64,000 bases of DNA. It comes from Candidatus Poribacteria bacterium. Its GTDB lineage: Bacteria > Poribacteria > WGA-4E > WGA-3G. The notes under the pieces are model-generated. The model saw only the letters and a program-made list of their open reading frames with translations. It was not told the origin of the DNA and made no database searches. The first letter of the stretch is position 1. Every line of letters starts with the position of its first letter. A program made the translations under genes and the position numbers. Positions 41,535 through 51,531 of the stretch are shown piece by piece. The stretch spans positions 2,176,001 through 2,240,000 of the forward strand of contig OZ243938.1 in NCBI GenBank assembly GCA_965214095.1. Direction: 5' to 3'.

Positions 41535-44500
41535 TTACAACCTATCATAACCATAGCCATTCCCAGTTATCTCAAAGAGTGCAGATGCAGCAAGGAAATG
41601 GATATCCGCATCTGTGTCTTCTAAGACTGTCTCCAGCATCTGTGTTGAGCTGCCGTTTTTTGCGTCACCGAGTGCTCGGATGATGTCAAGACGGAAAGCC
41701 CGTTCTGTTTGTTCAGCATGCAATTCTGTCAGTTTTTCCACGAGAGCAGAGACCCCTTGATCGTCCGCAATCTTACCAAGAGCACGTGCAGCATCTCTCC
41801 GTATTTCAATATGGTTGTCTTCGTTATTCATGATTTCAATGATCGGGTCAGTTGTGGTAGCATCCGCGAGTTCACCTAATGCTTGTGTTGCCAATCTTCG
41901 GACATCTTTGTTATCTTCATTTTCTCCGTTTGCGACAAGAACAAGATCCTGCAGCAAAGCAATTGTGCCTGTTTCTCCAATTTTCCGCGCTGTATCTTTC
42001 CGAGTGTCCACATCCGTATCAGAAAGTGCTTCTCTCATCTGATCCACATCCAAGGACCGAGCGCGTGCCAATGCAACGGACGCAGCATTTCTGATAGGAT
42101 TACCTTCCCATTTGTCATCTGAACGTTCCTGCATCTTTTCAGCGATGAATTCAGGTAGGTTTAATTTTTTTGCTGACCTGACGATAACTTCCCAACTCCA
42201 ATTCCTTTTGCGATCATTAAGTGCTAAATTGCGTCTATTTCCAGCATCTTCAAGGGCAACGATAAATTCAGTGTCGTCAACGATACGATTAGCAAGTGCA
42301 TTTGCCGCTTCTGTGCCCTCAATTGCCCCGAGTGCTATTGCAGCTTTGATACGAGGGGAGGCGTTTGCCAATAATGCTGTGCTGGCATCTAAAGGAATAC
42401 GTTTATCTGCTAAGATTGTGACAAGATGTGGTATAGCTGCTGTACTCTTTAATTTACCGAGTGCTGTGATTGCATTGTTGGAGATATTACCGATTCGGAT
42501 ATCCATTGCACGGATAAGGAGGTTTTCCGAAGCAGTATCACCGATGTTTCCGAGAGCGGTGACAGCAGCGGCGCGAATAGCATCTGTCTCTAACTGATTT
42601 TCCACCATTTCACTTAGTTTAGGAACAGCCTTTGAATCTTTTATGCCTCCCAATGCAGCTACTGCTTGTAACCGAACAGCACTGTTCTCATCATTTAGGG
42701 CACCACGTAGGACAGGTGCTGAACGTTCATCACGAAGGGCATTTAACGAAGCAGCTGCAGCAGCACGAATAGATACCGATTCATCTTGATTTTCAAGGAT
42801 TTCAATCAAAGGTTCCACTGTCTTTCGGTCTTTAAAACCACCAAGCCGAGTTACTGCTTCTTTTCTTATCACATAACTCGAATTCTCCAACTCAGCAAGC
42901 ATTGTGTCTAACGCAGAAGCCTGATGAATAACACCAAGCATATAAACGATTGCCCAATGAGTCCATTCGTCGTCAACGGATTTGAGTGCATCAAGGAGGA
43001 GATTAGTCGTTGTTTCATTTCCATTTGTAATAAGTGCACCGATTACCTCGTTTTGAACAGATTGAACTTCATGACCATCTTCAAAACTACCGCGTCCTTT
43101 TTTAACGATGTCAACAAGTGCTTTATCAACGAGTGTAGGACTTATTTCACGAAGTGCTCTTGTGGCTTCAAGACGCGCGGTTTCATATTTATCGTTCTTG
43201 ATAATATCAAGTAACGGATCAGCACTTTTTGTTGATTTGATTGTACCTAATGCGATAGCTGCTTCTTGCCGCACGACTCCCTGTTTGTCCTTCTTCAGTG
43301 CAGTAATTAGTGCATCAACTGCACTATCACCACCAACCCTGCCGAGTGCCCATGCAGCACTCCGTCGCACAGTTGCGCGTTGGTCATCTGCTAATGCATT
43401 CACAAGCGGTTCAACGACAGTGTCACCATTGAAAATACCGAGTGCGCGTGCCACCTCGCTCCGCACAAGACTTGGGATAGGTTTAAGTTCACCCCATATA
43501 CGATAATACGGTTTCGGATAATCACCTGTCCATTCAATGTTCAGAGAATCGAGGTGTGTCCTAAGGACATCAAGGGTTTTATACTGTCGTTTCATGTGAC
43601 GTTGGAAATCTGATATGTCATCAAATTCCATGGATAGCACCCAAAAAAGAATGGGAAGCGTGTCTGTATCCTTTATACGACTGAGCACCTTTACGGCATT
43701 TGCGCGGATAATAGCACTTGTTTCGTCGCTTAGCATCAGCAATAGCATCGGTTGGGTGGCATCTGGAGGTTTCAACTGCCATAAAGCATTAATCGCCGCA
43801 GACCGGACTGTCTCCCGACGCAGTTTGTCCATTGAAATCGCAATCAACTTACGTGTAGTTTCTTCAGAGGAGACATTGATTTTTCCGAGTGCTTCTGCTG
43901 CTTGGGTAACTGTCGTATCATCCAGTTGAAGTGCATCGGCAAGTGCAGTCACAGCAGCGTTGTTGGGACCCCGTGCATACATATTGCCAAGACCTTTTGC
44001 AGCAATAGCCTTAATCTCTTTGTTCACATCACTCGTTAAGATGTCAATAAACAGAGGAATCGCACGACGATCACCTATCGTACTCAGAGCGTTTGCAGAC
44101 TCCAGTTTCACACGGTATTCAGCAGTTTGGAGTGCGTCTATAAGTGCTGGCACTGCTAATCCTCGCATTGAAGTTAGCGAGGCGAGGGCTGCACCTTTCA
44201 GGTCTTCGTCTGCAAGCAGTTGAATTATGGGCAGCACCGCTGATTCTGCTCTAAGTCTTCCCAAAGTATCAATCGCAGCGGATTGTGCGCGTAAGCGGTA
44301 TTTTTTCATCCACGCGTCATCAATATAAGCACTAGCGATATAACTGTATTGATCAGAATAACCATCATCTACATCGGGAATAATGTTATGGGCACGTGTT
44401 TCAAGCACTGCTAAAAGTGGAACAATGGTGGATTGACCGATTCTATTCAAGGCATCTATGGCGGTATTTTGCACGTAACTATTAGAATCTGCTAAGAGTT

Positions 44501-45389
44501 TGATGAGATCGTCAACTGCTGCTTCTGCTTGGAGTTTACCGAGAAGTTTCGCCGCGTGCATTCGCACCTGCGCATTGTTGTTCCTTGTTGCTAACTGAAG
44601 TATCGGTACTATTTCAGCATTCGGTTGGAACTTGGGTTTGCAGAGTTTACCAACTGCGACGATAGCACTATAGGAAACTTCAGGTGTTTCATCCGTTTTG
44701 GTGAGAATTGATTTGTATGTTGGTATGAGTTCACTGTTTTGTAGTGAACCTAATTCGCGTATCGCTGCTTTTTTAATCTGTGGATCTTGGTGTTGGGTGG
44801 CGTTTGTTAATAGCGTAACAAAGTTTGAATTTGTCTCTGTTTGACTTCGTAGTTGTCCCAACAGTTGTCTAACCGATTGGAGAACTGCGGGTTGATAGCA
44901 TTTCTGTGACTCTAAGATGCCAGTTACAACTACCGCATTCGCTTTCTTTGCCAAATCCGAGAGCAGATCAGGACGTTTTTCAACAGCCATTGCAAGTGTA
45001 ATTGCCAATAATCCGGATATAGAATTCCGAGATCGGATAAGGCGTTCCTGTTGGTCAAGTTCATCTGAATCTGGGTCTTCAAGAATTGAGATTGTCTGAA
45101 TACCAGCATTCAATGTTTCAAGATGTGTCAATGCTTGACCGATGGCTTGATGCCAACTATTTGTATCCGTGTTGTCTCGTAGCTGAAGCAAACGGTCAAG
45201 ATGGACTGCTTCCTGAATCTTAGAATCGTTAGCGCGCGATTTTTGAACTGCAGATTCTGCTGCAGCAAAATCTCCTTGAACGATTGCTTGCCTTGCATCA
45301 AGAATACCCTTATCCTCTTTTTCACCGCACCCACTAAAAAGTGCGACACAAAAAATGAGGTGGATACAGATAATAGTGAATTGTTTCAT
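41535..45389 (-). CDS. Large HEAT-repeat lipoprotein (about 1284 aa)
   Basis: Start MKQFT; lipobox FSG-C; many VRxxAAxALGxIxDxxAVxxLIxxL repeats. Confidence 0.88.
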   Translation of the reverse strand: MKQFTIICIHLIFCVALFSGCGEKEDKGILDARQAIVQGDFAAAESAVQKSRANDSKIQEAVHLDRLLQLRDNTDTNSWHQAIGQALTHLETLNAGIQTISILEDPDSDELDQQERLIRSRNSISGLLAITLAMAVEKRPDLLSDLAKKANAVVVTGILESQKCYQPAVLQSVRQLLGQLRSQTETNSNFVTLLTNATQHQDPQIKKAAIRELGSLQNSELIPTYKSILTKTDETPEVSYSAIVAVGKLCKPKFQPNAEIVPILQLATRNNNAQVRMHAAKLLGKLQAEAAVDDLIKLLADSNSYVQNTAIDALNRIGQSTIVPLLAVLETRAHNIIPDVDDGYSDQYSYIASAYIDDAWMKKYRLRAQSAAIDTLGRLRAESAVLPIIQLLADEDLKGAALASLTSMRGLAVPALIDALQTAEYRVKLESANALSTIGDRRAIPLFIDILTSDVNKEIKAIAAKGLGNMYARGPNNAAVTALADALQLDDTTVTQAAEALGKINVSSEETTRKLIAISMDKLRRETVRSAAINALWQLKPPDATQPMLLLMLSDETSAIIRANAVKVLSRIKDTDTLPILFWVLSMEFDDISDFQRHMKRQYKTLDVLRTHLDSLNIEWTGDYPKPYYRIWGELKPIPSLVRSEVARALGIFNGDTVVEPLVNALADDQRATVRRSAAWALGRVGGDSAVDALITALKKDKQGVVRQEAAIALGTIKSTKSADPLLDIIKNDKYETARLEATRALREISPTLVDKALVDIVKKGRGSFEDGHEVQSVQNEVIGALITNGNETTTNLLLDALKSVDDEWTHWAIVYMLGVIHQASALDTMLAELENSSYVIRKEAVTRLGGFKDRKTVEPLIEILENQDESVSIRAAAAASLNALRDERSAPVLRGALNDENSAVRLQAVAALGGIKDSKAVPKLSEMVENQLETDAIRAAAVTALGNIGDTASENLLIRAMDIRIGNISNNAITALGKLKSTAAIPHLVTILADKRIPLDASTALLANASPRIKAAIALGAIEGTEAANALANRIVDDTEFIVALEDAGNRRNLALNDRKRNWSWEVIVRSAKKLNLPEFIAEKMQERSDDKWEGNPIRNAASVALARARSLDVDQMREALSDTDVDTRKDTARKIGETGTIALLQDLVLVANGENEDNKDVRRLATQALGELADATTTDPIIEIMNNEDNHIEIRRDAARALGKIADDQGVSALVEKLTELHAEQTERAFRLDIIRALGDAKNGSSTQMLETVLEDTDADIHFLAASALFEITGNGYGYDRL

Positions 45390-45420
45390 CGTGTATTTTC
45401 TCAATAACATAAAAGAGTGT

Positions 45421-48400
45421 CTACTCCCCTGCAATTACCAATTTCGTCAGATCGGCTACGGCATAGATATGTTTTGCTATACGACTTAGCAATGCTAATC
45501 TATTACTACGAAGGTCAGCATCTTCTGCCATTACAAGAACATCGTCAAAAAACTTATCTATTGCGGGTTGCAGTTCTGCTAACTGTTTCAAAAGTTCTGA
45601 ATATTCTCTCAACTGGATACTTTTCTCAAAATTAGGTTCTGCTTCGGTGATATATGCGTTTAACTCTTTTTCAGCATCATCTTTTAGCAACCCAGTATCC
45701 ACTGTTTCTGGTGCATTTTCAGGCAAAATCCTAAGCACACGATTGAGTGCATTATATATGTCTTCAAAATTGGATGTCAAGCGAAATTCAGCAAGTGCAC
45801 CTGCACGTTTGAGAATATCTGTAATATCAACATCACCGGCTGCTAATACTGCATCAGCAAGGTCAGGGGTATATTTCTGTGTTTGTAAGATAACACGTAG
45901 ACGTTCTTTGATGAAATTCAGAACACTTGTTTTCGTGTCGTCAACTAAATCCACATCATATAGTGAGATAGCTTTTTCTACTACTGGATCTAATGAGAGT
46001 GGAAGCTGCCGATCTTGTAGAATACGTATTGTGCCGAGGACATGCCGTCGTAAAGAATACGGGTCTTGCGAACCAGTCGGCCGTTCCTCTATGCCGAAGT
46101 ATCCTACTATGGTATCAATTTTGTCAGCGATCGCAAGTATTGCACCTACATCGGTTTCGGGCAGTGGTGTATCCGCACCCAATGGTTGGTAATGTTCAGC
46201 GATAGCGTCAGCGACCTCTGCAGTTTCACCAGAATTTTGAGCGTAGTACCTTCCCGTAATCCCCTGTAGTGATGGGAATTCTATGACCATTTGTGTGGTC
46301 AAATCTGCTTTACAAAGCAACGCAGCACGTTCTACGTGATGGGTGGTAGTTTCCGATAACTTCAATTCTGTGGTAATAAACTTCACCAATGCCTTCATAC
46401 GATTTGCCTTATCCAAAAGCGAACCGAGTTTAGCATGAAAGACGACCGCACCTAAACGTTCAACTTTATCAGCGAGATTCGTCTTCTGATCTGCACTATA
46501 GAAGAATTCAGCATCGTTGAGTCGTGCATGTAGCACACGTTCATTACCGTGCCGAACGCCATCAATATTACCATCTGTTCCGTTGGAAATAGTGATGAAT
46601 TTTGGTGCAAGTTCAGCCTCACTTTTCCACATCGGAAAATAACGTTGATGCTTTTTCATCGCAGTAATCAACACTTCAGGTGGTAGTTCCAAATGAGACG
46701 CGCTGAAATTTCCGACAATAGGTTGAGGATTTTCTACGAGATAGTTTACCGTATTCAACAATTCCTCATCTATCACAGGCAAACATCCTTCGACTTCAAA
46801 AGCTTTCCGCACCTGTTTTTCTATAGTGTCACGTCGTTGCTTGTGACATACGATAACATCAACTTCCTGCAATTTCTGAATATAGTTGTCCACGTCTGCG
46901 GATGACAAAGTGATCGGTTCAGGATGCAAAGAACGGTGACCATAAGTGATATTACTTGCATGTGCTGCACCGTAAGTGCAGTTGACAACTACATCTCCGA
47001 GGAGTGCTACAAGCCAACGAATAGGACGGGCAAAACGAGCAAATGTGTGTGGTTCTGCTGAATCTGTTTCCCACCGCATCGTTTTCGGAAAGCGAAGTGC
47101 TTCAACCCATTCGGGTAGGAGTGTTTCCAATAGTTCCTGTGTTGACAATCCTTCTTCAAGTTTGGAGACAGCAATGTATTCGCCACGTTCGGTTTCAACA
47201 ATGCGAATGTCTGAGAGTTCAACACCTTGTGATTTTGCAAAACCGATGGCTGCCTTTGTTGGTTCTCCATTTTCATCGTAAGCAATGCTTTTAGGTGGTC
47301 CAACGATTTCTGTTTCCACACTTTCCTGCAGCGTTTTGATGTCTTTGATAGTCAGTGTTATCCGTCTCGGTGTGCCGAAGGTCTGAATTTCGCCAAACGG
47401 AATTCTATGTTCTTCGAGGGAATCGACCGCTATTTTCCTGAGTTGGTCAAGGGCAGGTGGCACATAACTCGCAGGTATCTCCTCCGTGCCGATTTCAAAT
47501 AGAAGGTCTGCGGTTTCCGAAAGGTTAGATACCTCAGCTGAAGTTGCTTCAGTGCGGTCAGAAACCGCACCTACCGTGGTAGGGGCAGCCTCTGTGTCAA
47601 ATCGTCCCATTAGGGGATGTCCCATCTCTTCACGCTGTGTAACGTACGCACGCGCGATCCGTTGTGCAAGTCTACGCACGCGTTCAATATAACTCACCCG
47701 TTCCGTGACGCTGATAACGCCGCGAGCATCCAGCATGTTGAAGGTATGGGAACATTTCAGAACATGGTCGGTAGCGGGAAGAACTAAACCGGCATCAAGA
47801 CACGCGTGTGTTTCTTTTTCATAGGTGCTAAATTGGTCAAACAGCATGTCAACGTTGGCGTGTTCAAAGTTGTAGGTTGAGTATTCCACTTCGCTTTGAT
47901 GGTGGACATCACCGTAGTTCAGGTGTTCATTCCAACGAATATCAAAAAATGTATCAACATCCTGTAGATAAAGTGCGATTCGTTCAAGTCCGTAGGTAAT
48001 CTCAGCACAAATCGGGGCGAGGTCTATGCTACCCATCTGTTGGAAATAGGTGAACTGTGTAACTTCTGCACCGTTCCACCAGACTTCCCAACCGAGTCCA
48101 GAGGCACCGAGTGTCGGTGATTCCCAGTCGTCTTCTACAAAGCGGATGTCGTTCTTACGGGGTGATATGCCGAGATGGTAAAGACTTTCAAGGTAGAGTG
48201 GCAGCACATTTTCGGGTGCTGGTTTGAGTATGACTTGATATTGGTAGTATGCCCCGAGACGGAAAGGGTTTTCTGCGTATCTGCCATCGGTGGGTCGCCT
48301 CACAGGTTCTATGTATGCTACATTCCAAGGTTCTGGTCCGAGGCATCGTAAAAATGTAGCGGGGTTAAATGTCCCTGCGCCGACTTCTATATCGCATGGT

Positions 48401-48468
48401 TGTTGAATTATACATCCTTGTTCTGCCCAAAATTTCTCTAATGCTAATATTATTTCTTGTAAGGTCAT
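45421..48468 (-). CDS. glyQS: Glycine--tRNA ligase, fused alpha and beta subunits
   Basis: Alpha motifs [40 protein letters not shown]; beta motifs [30 protein letters not shown]; one ORF; start MTLQEII. Confidence 0.97.
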   Translation of the reverse strand: MTLQEIILALEKFWAEQGCIIQQPCDIEVGAGTFNPATFLRCLGPEPWNVAYIEPVRRPTDGRYAENPFRLGAYYQYQVILKPAPENVLPLYLESLYHLGISPRKNDIRFVEDDWESPTLGASGLGWEVWWNGAEVTQFTYFQQMGSIDLAPICAEITYGLERIALYLQDVDTFFDIRWNEHLNYGDVHHQSEVEYSTYNFEHANVDMLFDQFSTYEKETHACLDAGLVLPATDHVLKCSHTFNMLDARGVISVTERVSYIERVRRLAQRIARAYVTQREEMGHPLMGRFDTEAAPTTVGAVSDRTEATSAEVSNLSETADLLFEIGTEEIPASYVPPALDQLRKIAVDSLEEHRIPFGEIQTFGTPRRITLTIKDIKTLQESVETEIVGPPKSIAYDENGEPTKAAIGFAKSQGVELSDIRIVETERGEYIAVSKLEEGLSTQELLETLLPEWVEALRFPKTMRWETDSAEPHTFARFARPIRWLVALLGDVVVNCTYGAAHASNITYGHRSLHPEPITLSSADVDNYIQKLQEVDVIVCHKQRRDTIEKQVRKAFEVEGCLPVIDEELLNTVNYLVENPQPIVGNFSASHLELPPEVLITAMKKHQRYFPMWKSEAELAPKFITISNGTDGNIDGVRHGNERVLHARLNDAEFFYSADQKTNLADKVERLGAVVFHAKLGSLLDKANRMKALVKFITTELKLSETTTHHVERAALLCKADLTTQMVIEFPSLQGITGRYYAQNSGETAEVADAIAEHYQPLGADTPLPETDVGAILAIADKIDTIVGYFGIEERPTGSQDPYSLRRHVLGTIRILQDRQLPLSLDPVVEKAISLYDVDLVDDTKTSVLNFIKERLRVILQTQKYTPDLADAVLAAGDVDITDILKRAGALAEFRLTSNFEDIYNALNRVLRILPENAPETVDTGLLKDDAEKELNAYITEAEPNFEKSIQLREYSELLKQLAELQPAIDKFFDDVLVMAEDADLRSNRLALLSRIAKHIYAVADLTKLVIAGE
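47521..47598. repeat. REP-derived sequence inside glyQS at the alpha-beta junction
   Basis: CAGTGCGGTCAGAAACCGCACCTACCG (47550-47576) versus intergenic CAGTGCGGTTAGGAAACCGCACCTACCG (8396-8423). Confidence 0.8.
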
Positions 48469-48547
48469 ATCTGTTGTTTGTTGTCTGCTCCGTTTCTGTT
48501 GGTTGTTTCGGATATTTATTTTAGCATGAGAGAGACATTTTAAGCAA

Positions 48548-48585
48548 AGGATTTTCAAGACAGTAATAAATGTCTTGAAAATCCT
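48548..48585. terminator. Perfect 15-bp inverted repeat upstream of the glyQS promoter (terminator or operator)
   Basis: AGGATTTTCAAGACA-8nt-TGTCTTGAAAATCCT, followed on the minus strand by TTGCTT-18nt-TAAAAT. Confidence 0.5.
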
Positions 48586-48711
48586 CAAGGAGTTTCTTGA
48601 AGTCGCTCAGCAGCCTCCGACCCAAGAAATAAAACCAAAATGATTATCAGTAGCGATGTTCGTAATTACCAATTGCGGCAAATTAGAATGGTTTGGAGAA
48701 ATAAAGATATT

Positions 48712-48966
48712 TCAACTAATCCCTATGAAAACCCAAGGAGATAACATATAGTGCATTCCTTCCGGTAGTTCGCCAGTATAATGTATGGCTGCGCTTCCTT
48801 CATAATTACCGGAAACTTCATGAATATCGTCTCTCGATTTGCTATGAGCAAAGACAACCCCTGACAACAGTTCGGTATTTTCGCTGATTTCACAGTCAAT
48901 GATAAACAACCATTGATCAGGATATTTCTCAGTCATCTCTTCAAGAGGCATACGTTCATTAGACAT
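48712..48966 (-). CDS. Small hypothetical protein (DUF5678-like)
   Basis: RBS AAGGAG; KYPDQWL..GVVFAHSKSRDDI..YTG pattern; family assigned from memory only. Confidence 0.65.
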   Translation of the reverse strand: MSNERMPLEEMTEKYPDQWLFIIDCEISENTELLSGVVFAHSKSRDDIHEVSGNYEGSAAIHYTGELPEGMHYMLSPWVFIGIS

Positions 48967-49070
48967 TTATGCTTCTCCTTGAAAAAGCATACATACATCG
49001 CAGTCCCTGTTAAAATCAATAACATTATACCGAATGTTAGTGACTATTGTCAAATTATTTCAATAATGCA

Positions 49071-49577
49071 GGGTGTGTAAAGTTTTTGGCACAGAGATAT
49101 AAACTTCCGTTTCTTTAGTCCCGTAGGGACGGAATGTTTATAGAAAACGTTATCCGGACCCTTCTTTAGTTCCGTAGGAACGGAATGTTTGGACTTTGTT
49201 TAGGTTATCCACATTCCGTTCCATAGGTGTCAATTTAGTGTAAATTAGGCGTTTTCCCCAGGACGGTAGGTTCGGTTTCCTAACCGAACCGGATCCTACG
49301 CGAGAACCTCTAAGAAGGTATTTGGCACAGAGCCGGTTCGGTTAGGAAACCGAACCTACCGGCACTGGAAGGACGCTAAATTGACGCTTATAGGTTATCC
49401 ACATTCCGTTCCTACGGAACTCAAGAGATTCAATGCGCTGTTTTCTATAAACATAGCGTCCCTACGGGACTGAAGAACGTATTGCAAAAGTTAGAGTGGA
49501 TATGACAACGGCTAAGTAGGAACAGTCCGGCATCCGACAATATCAGCAGATTCTTTTGCCAAAAACTTTACACATCC
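49071..49577. mobile_element. 507-bp composite MITE with 21-bp TIRs and 9-bp target duplication
   Basis: GGGTGTGTAAAGTTTTTGGCA / TGCCAAAAACTTTACACATCC flanked by AATAATGCA (49062-49070 and 49578-49586). Confidence 0.9.
49223..49391. mobile_element. Nested MITE with 19-bp imperfect TIR, 21-bp flanking direct repeat and internal REP doublet
   Basis: ATAGGTGTCAATTTAGTGT / ACGCTAAATTGACGCTTAT; AGGTTATCCACATTCCGTTCC on both sides; GGTAGGTTCGGTTTCCTAACCGAACC and its reverse complement inside. Confidence 0.85.
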
Positions 49578-49681
49578 AATAATGCATAGAAGTTAGAGTT
49601 GTGACTTACAAAGTTGTTTAATTCCCTACATTTATTGAAACGAATGGAGTATAATTGATAATCAAATATGGAGGATATCTA

Positions 49682-50020
49682 ATGAGAGAAATGGGAAACT
49701 GGCGCGAATACCAAATTGAAAGACTCGCTAAAGACCGCGAAGCTGCAATTGACTATCTCCAACTGACATTGGAAGAATACCAAATTGACGGTGACCTTCC
49801 TTTTTTTCTAAAGGGACTTCGCACCTTTATAGAATCACAGGGAGGCGTTTCTGAACTTTCCAAACGAACCGGTATCAAATCCGAGATCCTCTCAGGTATC
49901 CTATCTGACGAGAATGCCCCTCGATTTGACATTCTCAGAACTATGCTGAATGCACTTGAGTGTCAGTTGTTGGTTGCACCTTTAACACTTACGAATGTTA
50001 GCATTGAGATCCAAGTGTGA
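49682..50020 (+). CDS. Addiction-module antidote-like HTH protein (orphan antitoxin)
   Basis: Start MREMG after GGAGG; AIDYL..LEE..D..FLKGLR..ESQGGVSELSKRTGI..LS..APRFD.L..LNAL pattern. Confidence 0.8.
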   Translation: MREMGNWREYQIERLAKDREAAIDYLQLTLEEYQIDGDLPFFLKGLRTFIESQGGVSELSKRTGIKSEILSGILSDENAPRFDILRTMLNALECQLLVAPLTLTNVSIEIQV

Positions 50021-50049
50021 TTCAAACCTCTTCACTTCTTTCAACTTAA

Positions 50050-51450
50050 TCATTTCAGCAACGACCAATCAGGCTCATCTTCAGGATTACCAAGCGGACC
50101 GTGGGCATTACGAACAATACGTCGTTGCGCGTCATACCAATCCGTATAACTTGTTGCAGGTTGGAGTTTATCGTTTCGCGCATCCATAAGATTTAAGAGT
50201 GTCCTTTCCATCTCATCTGCCAATGTTTTGGTGTCAGGATTGTCAATCAGGTTGTTCATCTGCAGTGGGTCTGCTTCAATGTCATACAACATCTGTTTCC
50301 CATCAAGCCACCGTGCGTAACTATGGGATTTTGTGCGGACACCACGCCATTCATCACCATCCACAAAGTAATCGTAGGTCGCACCGAAGTTCATCGTCAA
50401 AACAGCGTCCTGTTCAAAAGCATCCGTTTCACCACGCCAAGATGCTGACAAATCATAACCTTCTACTGTCCGAGGTGTCTGAATTCCACATAAACCGCAG
50501 AGTGATGGGAATAGATCAACAGGAGATGTAAGTGTGTCGCACGTGCGGTTGCCTTCAAAAACACCGGGAAGCCGCATTATCAACGGCACCTTGATGGATT
50601 CCTCGTAAGGTTTCTTCTTTGCCCAAAAATTGATCCCTTGGGCACCACCTTGCGTGCCATGATCAGACCCAAAAACAAGTAACGTATTTTCCACACGTCC
50701 TGTTCTTTCAAGGTATGCCATCAGTTCACCGAGCATATCATCAACTGCTAACGTCATTGCGAGGTAATGGCGGTAAATCTTTAAGGATTGTTCTCGCTGT
50801 TTATCTGGCACGTTTTCAGGTAGGTGAAGTTCTTCAGGCAGTCGGTCATAGTATTTTTGTGGTGCATACTCGTAAGGTGTACTATGTGCTTGATGTGGAG
50901 AGATAAACAGACAAAATGGTGTATCATCGTTAACTTCATCCATAAACTGAAAGGCATATCGGTTGAGTGCATCAGTTTCATATCCTTCCCATCTTTCATT
51001 TCGCCAGTTATCAAGATTAACAGTGCCGTTGAAATAATCGGTATGAAAGTTATAGCCGCGCCAATGTTGGAAACCGAGTCGGTCACGTCCTTCTGGGACA
51101 TAATCGCGTCCGCCGATTTCTGGGAATGAACCTGTGTGCAAATGCCATTTACCAACCCACGCGGTGCGATAACTGTTTCGACTGAATACATCACCGAGTC
51201 CGATCTCATCGTGTCGGGTATTGACGAAGTTTATGAGATGTCCAGTTGTCTGTGGGTGTCGTCCGGTGAGTAGCATAGAACGGTAAGGTGTGCAGACAGG
51301 TGCAGTTGCGATTGCGTTGGAGAACACAGTGCCTTCCTGTGCGAGTTGGTCAATGTGTGGTGTTTCAATCTGTGTTTCACCATATACAGGCAAGGAACAA
51401 GCACGGATTTGATCAGAAAGGAGATAAACAATGTTGGGTGTGTTTGTCAT
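50050..51450 (-). CDS. Formylglycine-dependent sulfatase
   Basis: PNIVYLLSDQ, CTPYR signature, GKWHL, SDHG. Confidence 0.93.
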   Translation of the reverse strand: MTNTPNIVYLLSDQIRACSLPVYGETQIETPHIDQLAQEGTVFSNAIATAPVCTPYRSMLLTGRHPQTTGHLINFVNTRHDEIGLGDVFSRNSYRTAWVGKWHLHTGSFPEIGGRDYVPEGRDRLGFQHWRGYNFHTDYFNGTVNLDNWRNERWEGYETDALNRYAFQFMDEVNDDTPFCLFISPHQAHSTPYEYAPQKYYDRLPEELHLPENVPDKQREQSLKIYRHYLAMTLAVDDMLGELMAYLERTGRVENTLLVFGSDHGTQGGAQGINFWAKKKPYEESIKVPLIMRLPGVFEGNRTCDTLTSPVDLFPSLCGLCGIQTPRTVEGYDLSASWRGETDAFEQDAVLTMNFGATYDYFVDGDEWRGVRTKSHSYARWLDGKQMLYDIEADPLQMNNLIDNPDTKTLADEMERTLLNLMDARNDKLQPATSYTDWYDAQRRIVRNAHGPLGNPEDEPDWSLLK

Positions 51451-51531
51451 ATCAGATGTCTTATTATATGTCGTGTACAAATATAGGCAGGAAATATACC
51501 CACCTAATCAAACTTGGAGAATGAAACGGAA

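Noticed and set aside
48470-48710. T-box riboswitch upstream of glyQS
   Set aside because: No T-box consensus (AAGGTGGnACCGCG-like) or specifier stem found; a promoter-like sequence lies close to the start.
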